This document shows, piece after piece, positions 9,039-17,785 of a stretch of 64,000 nt of DNA. Below the pieces are notes generated by a model that did no database searches, was not told the DNA's origin, and saw only the letters and a list, made by a program, of their open reading frames with translations. This stretch comes from an uncultured Gammaproteobacteria bacterium (GTDB lineage: Bacteria; Patescibacteriota; Patescibacteriia; UBA11705; DATKZF01), in assembly GCA_964411255.1 (NCBI GenBank), contig CAYPKD010000001.1, positions 7,331-71,330 of the forward strand, read 5' to 3'. Position 1 is the stretch's first letter; every line of letters starts with the position of its first letter. The position numbers and the translations under genes were made by a program.

Positions 9039-10154
9039 TTAATCAACTCCCAACGGAACTCTGACACTACCCAGAAATCCTTCTCGATCTCCTTCAGTGT
9101 CGCGTTTTGGTCCGTTCAGAATCTCACGAGCAATACCTTCGCTTACAAAATGGCAGACAATGACCGCAGCAGGTTCTTCTTCCCACTCGTCAAGCGACCT
9201 TTTGTCAAGCTCAAGGTCTTGCCTTACCCGAGCGCCAGCAGCCACACCCACTTGATCCATGTGCGCAGCAGATCTGGTGCGCCGAGCTTGGGCAGTAACT
9301 GATTTGGATCGTTTTTTCCCCATTAAAGCATGGCGCCTAACACCGCCAGATGATCTCAGGCCTAACCTGCGAAGCGGTGGACCGCCAAGATATTGCTCCC
9401 CAAAATCACGACTGCCCTTATCTGAGTCACCAAATAGAGAACATTTATATGTTGAATCCACTGAACTGCGAAAACGCGGCATCTCTCGACGCGGTTTTGG
9501 CTCTTTTGATCTGAAAAAGGCAAAGCCGAACGAAGGAACTCTGTCCCCACCCAGCACTGCAATTCCCACATCTTTTTTCAGCATTTCAGCCGTAAAGTAG
9601 AACTGCCTTACCTGGTCACCAACGCGGAATCCATCCCACCAAAGAATGTTTGGATGAGAAACGTAATTCTGCGCAGGCCACTTGAAATTGCATTCAGGGC
9701 AAAAACGCTCGCCTTCAAATGGGACACTGTGAATCGGACACTTTTCCCGATAATGCTCCAGCCGAAGCTTGTCCACTTTTTGGCCAGTAATCGGATTCAT
9801 GCCAGTGGTTGAAGGCACAATGGCTGCGAAAAATCCGCCATCATTATGCCGCCAGTCATACCACATACCAGGACCCTGGCCTTCATCGCTCATTGGCACA
9901 GGAATGAAATAGGCATCGCCTTTTTTGCTCCATTCACTGGGACAACCAGCGTATTTGTGAACTGGGTAAGCAGGGGCTACTACTCCAGGAGGCAGACCAT
10001 GAACCTGGTCTTTTTCTCCTTTTGAAGCCAGCCGCGGGGCAAACATGATCTTTGCATGATAACCTTCAGTTACCAGCTTGCCCGTTGCCTCAGGAAATTC
10101 CTGGCTGAACTGCCTGACCCATTGGATACATTCGTCGTGTGTCTTAAAATCCAT
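9039..10154 (-). CDS. Uncharacterised conserved protein with inserted Zn-ribbon-like motif
   Basis: 371 aa, strong SD AAGGAGG; HGLPPG, QNYV.HP..LWWDGF...QVRQF, VGVAAGARVRQ..ELD...W motifs; CPIH..CPEC. Confidence 0.75.
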   Translation of the reverse strand: MDFKTHDECIQWVRQFSQEFPEATGKLVTEGYHAKIMFAPRLASKGEKDQVHGLPPGVVAPAYPVHKYAGCPSEWSKKGDAYFIPVPMSDEGQGPGMWYDWRHNDGGFFAAIVPSTTGMNPITGQKVDKLRLEHYREKCPIHSVPFEGERFCPECNFKWPAQNYVSHPNILWWDGFRVGDQVRQFYFTAEMLKKDVGIAVLGGDRVPSFGFAFFRSKEPKPRREMPRFRSSVDSTYKCSLFGDSDKGSRDFGEQYLGGPPLRRLGLRSSGGVRRHALMGKKRSKSVTAQARRTRSAAHMDQVGVAAGARVRQDLELDKRSLDEWEEEPAAVIVCHFVSEGIAREILNGPKRDTEGDREGFLGSVRVPLGVD

Positions 10155-10209
10155 TGATCCCTCCTTTGGGACTTGGGGCTCCTGACGGAGCCCCAGGCTC
10201 TAGTCTGAA

Positions 10210-11253
10210 CTAGTAACGCTGATGACCGGCTTGATCATCATCCCGATGGAAAGGATCAGCATTCCGGCTGGGAGAGCTTGTCCGGCTGCGCGTTCCGATT
10301 TCCACTCTGAGAGTGGGAAGCTCATCGCGCGCCCTCAGTTCGTCAAACCGAACCTTGCTGCGGCGATAACGCGCGGCCAGCGCATCAAAACCTTTGGAGG
10401 CGATATTGAACAGACGATGCTGCGCATCCACATGTCCAGCATTGGCTTCGCGAGTCATGTTGACCGCAATATACACCAGCTGGCGGGCGGAAAGTTCCAC
10501 CTCGCCCCACTTGATGCCCGTATCGCTGCAAACTCCTGAACGAAGCGGCTTTTCATTGATCGGGCACATATCCACTAGATGGGCAGGATAGTCTCCGATA
10601 GCGAAAAGCTTGTAGGTCACGTCCTGATGGGTATAAAGCCCTTCAGCAACGTCATCAAATCCTTCGTCCAGCTCTTTCATGTACTGGGCAGTTGCTTCCA
10701 CACTGCCATCGCCTGTGGCAGTATCAAAGCAGATCACCAATTTTGTGCCATACGCACCACGCAGCAGACCAACAGCCGGATGCCTGGGCTTGGAGTGCAC
10801 CACCTTGAAATAGGTGGGCAAAAAGATGACAGGATCGATCAGCGAAGTGAGCGTATCGCCCATTCCTCCACCCTGACCTCCCATCAGAGCCAGCAAAGCC
10901 AGCATGTTGTCACCGCCGCTAATGCCCAAAGAGCTAAGAAAGCCCTCAGGCGATTCAGGATCAGCAGGCTTTTCAGCCTTTGACTCCTTGGCAGCAGGTT
11001 TGCTGGTAGAGCCAGCTTCCTCTCGGAACATCTTGGCCATTCGCTGAGCATGCATGGGCTTGAACCCAGCATTCTCAATGGACTCGAAAGTAACGCCGGC
11101 CAGGACTTCGAGACTGTCGCCTCCAGCCTGATCCAGCTTCTTCCACACCTGCAAGGGCGTCATTTTGGCAATCTCTGCTGCCTTTTCGAGCGCCTCCCTG
11201 TAGGCTTTGTCCAATTTTGCAAATGCCTTCTTGGAATAACCGTTCTTAGCCAT
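10210..11253 (-). CDS. Hypothetical protein (possible N-terminal SAM/HhH-like region)
   Basis: 347 aa GC-rich ORF, co-oriented with 9039..10154. Confidence 0.7.
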   Translation of the reverse strand: MAKNGYSKKAFAKLDKAYREALEKAAEIAKMTPLQVWKKLDQAGGDSLEVLAGVTFESIENAGFKPMHAQRMAKMFREEAGSTSKPAAKESKAEKPADPESPEGFLSSLGISGGDNMLALLALMGGQGGGMGDTLTSLIDPVIFLPTYFKVVHSKPRHPAVGLLRGAYGTKLVICFDTATGDGSVEATAQYMKELDEGFDDVAEGLYTHQDVTYKLFAIGDYPAHLVDMCPINEKPLRSGVCSDTGIKWGEVELSARQLVYIAVNMTREANAGHVDAQHRLFNIASKGFDALAARYRRSKVRFDELRARDELPTLRVEIGTRSRTSSPSRNADPFHRDDDQAGHQRY

Positions 11254-11356
11254 CTCTCTCTTCTCTCTTCTCCCCTTGCTTTCTCAAAAAATCTGCGATT
11301 TGCAAATCTTCTGCCTGATTCATAAAGGGCAATGAAATCAAGACCAGTAACCACTA

Positions 11357-11413
11357 CTGGCAGGAAAATAAAAGGAATAAACCTATAATTTTCACCTTTT
11401 ATTTTCCTGCCAG
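11357..11413. promoter_or_regulatory. Perfect 19-bp inverted repeat in the leader of 10210..11253
   Basis: CTGGCAGGAAAATAAAAGG ... CCTTTTATTTTCCTGCCAG. Confidence 0.6.
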
Positions 11414-11605
11414 AATATGATTAAAATAAACAAAATATCAAAGAACTTCCTACACTTACATTAAATCACGAATAAAACATTATATCAAATATATATTAAT
11501 ATATCAATATTTCTACTAATTTTAGAGAAATTCGGCAATTTGTATTAATTCTTACCTCTTGCTTTTTTCTTGTTTATATAGTATACTATATGAAGTATAT
11601 TAAAT

Positions 11606-11692
11606 GGGTCGGTACCAAAGCGGTCAACTGGGGCAGACTGTAAATCTGCTGGCCTTGTGCCTTCGGTGGTTCGAATCCGCCCCGGCCCACCA
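11606..11692 (+). tRNA. tRNA-Tyr(GTA)
   Basis: Anticodon arm GCAGA-CTGTAAA-TCTGC, long variable arm, TTCGAAT T-loop, encoded CCA. Confidence 0.97.
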
Positions 11693-11708
11693 TCCTACGC
11701 GCTAGCGA

Positions 11709-11793
11709 AGGATGTCGTTCGAAGCTTTATGCGAAGAATGACATAATCATATAAACTTATTGTGTGATTGCGTATGCTTCGGATGACGTAGCC
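11709..11793. repeat. REP-like element after tRNA-Tyr
   Basis: tgtcgttcgaagctttatgcgaagaatgaca; related copy tgtcatccgaagccttgcgcgaaggatgac at ~26614..26643. Confidence 0.55.
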
Positions 11794-11854
11794 ATAAAAA
11801 CAGCATTACTGCTGTCTTTTTTTATTAAACACTGTTTTTAAAATTTTAACTCCT

Positions 11855-13129
11855 TTAACTTTTTAACAATTTTCTCGTCTCTTTTTTATAATCCTCCACA
11901 CTCGGCTGATTAAATGCATTTACTTTAAGCAATTGCGCCAAATACATCATTTCAATCATTCTAAACTGCAAATAATATCCCAGGCTTTGCTCTGATATCT
12001 TTCCTAATTCAATTATTAAATATGGCAAATTGTTTTTCTTATATGCTGCTTTCACTCCGCCAAAAATCGCATTCATAATATTTTCAAAACTTTTACCTTT
12101 AATATTTGAAATCAAACCATCAAAACTTAAATTCTTTGACACAGAAACTATAGTATCATTTTTTCCATATACAATATTTGTAAATTTATCTTTTGGCCCG
12201 CCAAAATAGAGCTGAGCCATGGAATGCAAATCAGTTGACCCAATCGAAACAATTGGAGTAATTCCTTTTCTGACAACTTTACCTTTCAAGTTTTTTTTCT
12301 TGCCAATGCTTTCAGCCATTAACTGGCGATACCATTTGCCCAAGGATTCAAGTTCTGGATTAAATATAAATGTATTGTGAATGTTTATTCCTTTTTGATT
12401 ATGCAAATAAATTAATCCTGCGCTGACAATTGAAAAATTTTTATTAATATTTTTCTGAACATTATCTGTAACTGCTCTGGCAGCGCCTTTGTGAAGTTTG
12501 TCAATGTCAATCCCTGCTAAATAAAGCGGCAACAAACCAACTGCTGAAAAAACTGAATATCTGCCGCCTACCATTTTTGAAATGGCCAGCTTATTATCTG
12601 CTAACTTCCATAATTTTGAATTTTCTTCAGTAATACAAACAATTCTTTTTTTTATGTCTGCTTTTTTTTGTTTTAATAAACTGATCAAAGCCTCCAAATT
12701 TGAAATTGTTTCAGTGGTTGTGCCTGATTTGCTAACTGCTACTATGACAAACTCCTGTGGTTTAAGTTTATTTAGCGTAAAAGCAGTCTGTTTTATTTTT
12801 AATGAAGAAACAGTATCTAAAAATAAAATTTCAGGTTTTGTTTTATGCTGCAAAGCTTCATAAACAGCCATTGTTCCCAAATTTGAACCGCCAATGCCAA
12901 TAACAACGATATTCTTTAACTTTTGCCTGCCAATTTTTTTTGCCATTTTCTTCACTTCATCTCGCAATTTCTTATCAAAGCCTAATTGAATTGAACTTTC
13001 ACTATCTTTATAATCTCTTTTTTTTGCCACTGACTGTAAATGCGAAATATAAGCTGATAATTTGGCAGCAGTTGCTTTTATTTTATTCGCATTAATATTT
13101 GCTGTTTTTTTATAATCAAATTTAATCAT
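11855..13129 (-). CDS. pgi: Glucose-6-phosphate isomerase
   Basis: GIGGSNLG, SKSGTTTET, VGGRYSV, QLMAESIGK, FNQPSVEDYK. Confidence 0.95.
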   Translation of the reverse strand: MIKFDYKKTANINANKIKATAAKLSAYISHLQSVAKKRDYKDSESSIQLGFDKKLRDEVKKMAKKIGRQKLKNIVVIGIGGSNLGTMAVYEALQHKTKPEILFLDTVSSLKIKQTAFTLNKLKPQEFVIVAVSKSGTTTETISNLEALISLLKQKKADIKKRIVCITEENSKLWKLADNKLAISKMVGGRYSVFSAVGLLPLYLAGIDIDKLHKGAARAVTDNVQKNINKNFSIVSAGLIYLHNQKGINIHNTFIFNPELESLGKWYRQLMAESIGKKKNLKGKVVRKGITPIVSIGSTDLHSMAQLYFGGPKDKFTNIVYGKNDTIVSVSKNLSFDGLISNIKGKSFENIMNAIFGGVKAAYKKNNLPYLIIELGKISEQSLGYYLQFRMIEMMYLAQLLKVNAFNQPSVEDYKKETRKLLKS

Positions 13130-13226
13130 ATTTTTTTATTTTATACTTATACTCATTATATCAGATTAAATAACAAAACAAAAAAGCCCGCAAGCGGACT
13201 ATACCTTTTAATGGCCTGCCATCAAG

Positions 13227-13793
13227 CTATCTTAATATTTTAACAATTCCCACTAAAGCATCCCTTTTGTTTTCCGGGTCTTTAAACTTATATAAACACT
13301 CTTTTAATTCTGGTTTTATATCTTTTGCCTTTGAACTTATTTTTGTAGCTCTTTCTAATTTTGTTGCATCGTAAATAATTAAAATATCAATCTTCACCCT
13401 GTATCCTCGATCTAACAATACATTTTCATAAAATTTCTTAACTGTATATCCAAATAAAGAAGTATGTTCGTAAGAGCTATCCAAGATTATTTTATGTTTT
13501 TTTATTTCAAATAATCCTGCCTGAATATCATGATCATACATACTAAATCCCTGATGACATACTTCCTTTCTGTCTGGGTCGTATTTATCTGTCCCTAATT
13601 TTAATATGACTGATGTAAGTTCGTTTATAGAAAGCTTGGGATGATCGTCTTTTCCTATTGCTCTATAAATATAATTTCCGTCAGGTAAATTACTCTCTAT
13701 TTCCTTGTCAACTTTTTTTCCTATTTTAAAATAATCCGGTTTATTTTTAATATGATATTCCGGAACATGAACTTCAATTATTTTTACTGCCAT
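13227..13793 (-). CDS. Hypothetical protein
   Basis: 188 aa ORF with downstream hairpin at ~13184..13200. Confidence 0.65.
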   Translation of the reverse strand: MAVKIIEVHVPEYHIKNKPDYFKIGKKVDKEIESNLPDGNYIYRAIGKDDHPKLSINELTSVILKLGTDKYDPDRKEVCHQGFSMYDHDIQAGLFEIKKHKIILDSSYEHTSLFGYTVKKFYENVLLDRGYRVKIDILIIYDATKLERATKISSKAKDIKPELKECLYKFKDPENKRDALVGIVKILR

Positions 13794-13813
13794 AACATTT
13801 TCATAACTAATAA

Positions 13814-13858
13814 TGGAGCCAACGAGCGGACTTGAACCGCTGACCTACTCCTTACCAT
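13814..13858 (-). pseudogene. 3' half of the disrupted host tRNA-Thr(GGT) (att junction)
   Basis: ATGGTAAGGAGTAGGTCAGCGGTTCAAGTCCGCTCGTTGGCTCCA; acceptor CGTTGGC pairs with the 5' half at 25887..25924. Confidence 0.93.
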
Positions 13859-14024
13859 AAAACAACCCAACTACAAAACAACATAATTCACCTAAAGTAA
13901 GAGTAAAACCTTAACAATCTTACTCTTACAGGTGATTGCTTGGATGACCTGTTTACTACGGCTCTTTGCTCAGTTAGTATTACAATACTGCAATACTTAA
14001 TTTTTATGTTTTAAGCATAACATA

Positions 14025-14969
14025 TCAAATTAAATTTTCAAAGGTCAGTTTATTTGCCTTTGCTTTCATTACGTGAGTAGGTCTACAGCGAAGGTATATT
14101 GATGTCATTTTAATCCCCTTATGCCCTAGTATTTGTTGCAACTCTGAAATATCATAACCTTGATTTATACAATTCATGGCGAACGTATGACGAAACATAT
14201 GGGCATGAAATTTAACACCAGATTCATCATTTAATCTCTTTATCATATGTTTCACTCCATCTTTTGTGAATCTTGAATTATGAGTAGAAGAGATGAAAAA
14301 ATATGGAGAAGTATTCTTAGTTTTTTTCCTCTCTTCTAAATAATCCTTTAATATCTGGAATAATTTAAGATTCATATTAACTATTCTATCATGACCTGTT
14401 TTTGAGGTTTCACCCCTGACAAACACCTCCATTCTATCAAAATCAATATCATCAAGACGTAAACTCACTAATTCATTAAGTCTTAAACCGCAAAAAAGAA
14501 AAGTAGCTACTATGGCATAATTACGTTTTCGCAATAAACTATTCTTCCAATCAATATTGATTAAAACTGCTGAAATAATTTTATCAATATCATCTTTCTT
14601 AATAAATTTTTTATCTAGATACTCAACCTTAGGTGCTTTTATGTACATAAAAGGATTATGGTCAATATATTTTCTTATCCTTAACCAATCAAAAAACCGA
14701 CTCAGTTTACTTCGATAAGTAGCAATCGTACTATTCTTTACTCCGACTTTAATTCCACCCTTTCCTACTAGTCTTTTACGTTTTTGTAAATGTTCAAAAA
14801 ATATATTCATAACCTCAGGTGTTATCTTATCTAAAGATAAATTCGGTATGAGTTCACTTAAAAGCTTAAAAGATGATTCATACCCTCTTATAGTAACTTC
14901 TGAAAGTCCCAAAGAATAACGCGATTCTCTGACAAACTCCTCAAAAAGCTCATTAAGATTCTTTTTCAT
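14025..14969 (-). CDS. Tyrosine recombinase/integrase (intB)
   Basis: Catalytic set R(GLRLNEL), K(TSKTG), HxxR(HMFRH), H(LGH), Y(TSIY). Confidence 0.95.
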   Translation of the reverse strand: MKKNLNELFEEFVRESRYSLGLSEVTIRGYESSFKLLSELIPNLSLDKITPEVMNIFFEHLQKRKRLVGKGGIKVGVKNSTIATYRSKLSRFFDWLRIRKYIDHNPFMYIKAPKVEYLDKKFIKKDDIDKIISAVLINIDWKNSLLRKRNYAIVATFLFCGLRLNELVSLRLDDIDFDRMEVFVRGETSKTGHDRIVNMNLKLFQILKDYLEERKKTKNTSPYFFISSTHNSRFTKDGVKHMIKRLNDESGVKFHAHMFRHTFAMNCINQGYDISELQQILGHKGIKMTSIYLRCRPTHVMKAKANKLTFENLI

Positions 14970-15579
14970 TGCTCTCAGTTTCTTGATTTTCTTCTATTTT
15001 CTTTGTTTTAGCAATTATTTGGTCAATTACATCTGATATTTCACTCCTATCTTCTTCGCTCATTTCGTCCAATTGCTCGCTTGCTTTGTCCCACATTGAA
15101 TTTTCATTTCTACTTTTTAACCAATCAGTGATTAAAGTTATTTTGCTAAAATTGTGTTGTCCCATATCCCATCCATTAAAAGACGCATAGTCCTTAAGCA
15201 TCTTCATCAAAATCTTTAAGGCTTTCTCCTTCTCGCCTTTGACCCAAGATTTTGCAATATTTTTCTCACTAATTAAATCTGTCATCTGCTCAATCGTTGT
15301 TTCCATCTGCGCGCCCAGTATCCCGCGCAAGCTTAAGGTATCCTCTATATCCTTTAAGTTATTTGGCTGGTTCTCCTTGTAATAAGAAGAAATGTCCCGC
15401 TCAACTGTGCGAAGAGTTACCTCACCCCAGCCACGATGTTCAGCCATAGTATTTAATCTTTTTTTGACGGTTTCATTAGAAAAACCATTTAATTTAAGCA
15501 TTATCGTGGTATCACGACGTGCTCTTAGCAGAGATGCAGGAATTGATTTCCTGCCTGTTGTCTTTTTGACTTCTGTCAT
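14953..15579 (-). CDS. Hypothetical protein with N-terminal HTH, overlapping the intB start
   Basis: LNGFSNETVKKRL...VTLRTVERDIS helix-turn-helix-like; 17-nt overlap with intB. Confidence 0.7.
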   Translation of the reverse strand: MTEVKKTTGRKSIPASLLRARRDTTIMLKLNGFSNETVKKRLNTMAEHRGWGEVTLRTVERDISSYYKENQPNNLKDIEDTLSLRGILGAQMETTIEQMTDLISEKNIAKSWVKGEKEKALKILMKMLKDYASFNGWDMGQHNFSKITLITDWLKSRNENSMWDKASEQLDEMSEEDRSEISDVIDQIIAKTKKIEENQETESNEKES

Positions 15580-15851
15580 ACTTTTTTAAGTTAATTTTTA
15601 AATACCGGCGTTTACGACATTCTCTAAATACAAAAAAACACAGAACGGCGATTACAACCGGGCAAAATACAAAAAATTGTATTTTTAGTTTGCCCTAGAT
15701 GGTTATAGTCAAAATTCTGTGCTTTTAAATTAAGCTGTTGGGACTATGTATGTTCTAGTACTTAGATTGTTAATGTATATTTAAATGGTAATATCAATTC
15801 TTAATCATGTCAATACCCCATGTTGATAAGAGTTAACAAAGTTGAAAAAGT

Positions 15852-16610
15852 TTATTTTTCTGTCTTTGTATTTCTAGAATCTACATAACTACAATAATCA
15901 CATTCTGAACCGGCTTTTGGAATTTTCTTACTTCTCAAAGTTTTATGTATATCTTTAATAGTCTGCTCAAGCCATTTATCGCTACCCTTATACGGAATCA
16001 ATACTATTTCAAATTCTAATTTTGCATCAAACGCTTCTCTATCTTTACGGCCATTGCAATAAACAAAATAACCCATATTTGATACTTTCAAGCCATTCAT
16101 CCTTAATAACCACTGATAAATCTCCATTTGCCTTTTATAGCCATCCATCCAAGGCTTATCAAGTTTAGTAACTGGTTCTTGCTTACTGGTGGCCTTATAG
16201 TCAACGACTATGTACTTACCTTTTGAATCCTGCCATAAATCATCAATTGCTCCTGTAATAATAAAATTAGTTGGTTCATGTAAATACTGAACACCCTTAA
16301 AATTTTCTCGCCAAACATCAAGATTATCATGAGCCACTGGTTTTGCATCAACCTTATACTTCTTTAATAATGGATGTTGTTTATTTTTACTTCTATGTTC
16401 ATCGAATTCTTTCTTTAGTAATTCATCAACTGTAGAATTCAATGCAAATGGAAATCCCGGTGGTCTGCCAACTCCCAATTTTCTATCAAGATAAAAACAT
16501 CTTGGACAATCCAAAAACAAATCTATCTTTGAACGAGATATCTTAAACGGCTTTTTTGACTTTGGGTCGTAAAGATTTTTTGTTCGTTGTGAATTGTAAT
16601 ATTGGGACAT
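15852..16610 (-). CDS. PD-(D/E)XK nuclease family protein (Cas4/AddB-like)
   Basis: CPRCFY, GAIDD..VVDYK, QMEIY, CDYC. Confidence 0.88.
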   Translation of the reverse strand: MSQYYNSQRTKNLYDPKSKKPFKISRSKIDLFLDCPRCFYLDRKLGVGRPPGFPFALNSTVDELLKKEFDEHRSKNKQHPLLKKYKVDAKPVAHDNLDVWRENFKGVQYLHEPTNFIITGAIDDLWQDSKGKYIVVDYKATSKQEPVTKLDKPWMDGYKRQMEIYQWLLRMNGLKVSNMGYFVYCNGRKDREAFDAKLEFEIVLIPYKGSDKWLEQTIKDIHKTLRSKKIPKAGSECDYCSYVDSRNTKTEK

Positions 16611-16614
16611 ATTA

Positions 16615-17463
16615 TTATTGTCTTTCGTTTTTATCTAATGTATTACCCTCTTCATCTTTCCATTCTTTCCACCCATTAGCACGACGTGCAAGAATAACAG
16701 CGGCAGCAGCACTAGGACTATTAAAAATATAGTTCTTTACAAATTTGTAAGAATCCTCGCCTTCTTTTTCTATTACTCCATCCGCTAATAATCTCTCCAC
16801 CATTCCCTCAACCCAAGTACCAGCAGTTTTTGTTAGCTTTCTTCTTGTTATGGAGTCACTATACACAACTAATCCCTCATCTGAATATTTCCCTTTAGCT
16901 TTTGCTGATGGGCCTTTGCAGTAATAAATCTTTTCAGATTCATCAATAATATTAATATCATCAAAAATCGGATATCCTAAAGTAGCTACCAAAAGCTCAA
17001 TACTTCCAAAAAAATCCATAACATCAGCCACATCAGTTTCTGGTAGTTGTGTTTTTGCCGGAATAGTACCATTTACAACATTACATCGATTTAATTTCTG
17101 AGCAATATCATAACAATACCCTTCTAAATATTTCACGTGGGCTTTATTAATTGAGTTATTTGTACTAACAAAACACAATGCAATATTCCAAAAATCTTTA
17201 CCTTCATCTTTGTTATGCTGTAATAATCTTTTATACACCTGTTCTGCCTCTCCAATGTATACATCGGGAATATTTGAATCAATTTCTTTTCCTATCAGAA
17301 AATAAAGCCCAACAGTTTTTAATTCATCGCGACTTGCCGCTTCCTTAATTTTATTTCTTGGCACCAAAATTGCTTTAGCAACACGACCACCAATCTCTGC
17401 AATTTTAACACCAGAGGGGGTGCCGTCAGCTAATAAAATTTTAATTGTTTTAGGATTTTTCAT
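16615..17463 (-). CDS. GIY-YIG nuclease family protein with DUF4357-like C-terminus
   Basis: GLYFL...VYIGEAE..RLLQH; FNSPSAAAAVILAR.ANGW.EWK. Confidence 0.85.
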   Translation of the reverse strand: MKNPKTIKILLADGTPSGVKIAEIGGRVAKAILVPRNKIKEAASRDELKTVGLYFLIGKEIDSNIPDVYIGEAEQVYKRLLQHNKDEGKDFWNIALCFVSTNNSINKAHVKYLEGYCYDIAQKLNRCNVVNGTIPAKTQLPETDVADVMDFFGSIELLVATLGYPIFDDINIIDESEKIYYCKGPSAKAKGKYSDEGLVVYSDSITRRKLTKTAGTWVEGMVERLLADGVIEKEGEDSYKFVKNYIFNSPSAAAAVILARRANGWKEWKDEEGNTLDKNERQ

Positions 17464-17464
17464 A

Positions 17465-17785
17465 TTAATTTATACAATATTTATTTAATCTCAATTCTAA
17501 CTTTTCATATTCACCTAAATACGACGACATTCTGCTTTTCCATAATTTACTATGATTCGGGGTATGAAAATGAAGTAATTCATGAACGATCACATACTCT
17601 CCCAAATCTCGCTCAATTTCTAGGAGCTCAACGTTAAAATTCAGATTTCCATTAGTTGAGCAAGAAGCCCATTTATTTTTCATTGGACGCAAATACAAGC
17701 ACCTTATTTTAATGCCAATCTTATCAGCAAAAAAATAGACACGCTCTTTGAATTCAGCTTTATTTGTCCAACAATTAGATATCAT
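17465..17785 (-). CDS. YgjP-like (M48/DUF45) metallopeptidase, short form
   Basis: MKNKWASCS, YVIVHELLH, NHS..W; usual position after hsdR. Confidence 0.85.
   Translation of the reverse strand: MISNCWTNKAEFKERVYFFADKIGIKIRCLYLRPMKNKWASCSTNGNLNFNVELLEIERDLGEYVIVHELLHFHTPNHSKLWKSRMSSYLGEYEKLELRLNKYCIN

Noticed and set aside
15852-16610. Cas4 of a CRISPR-Cas locus
   Set aside because: No cas1/cas2 or array in the window; it sits in an R-M cargo operon.
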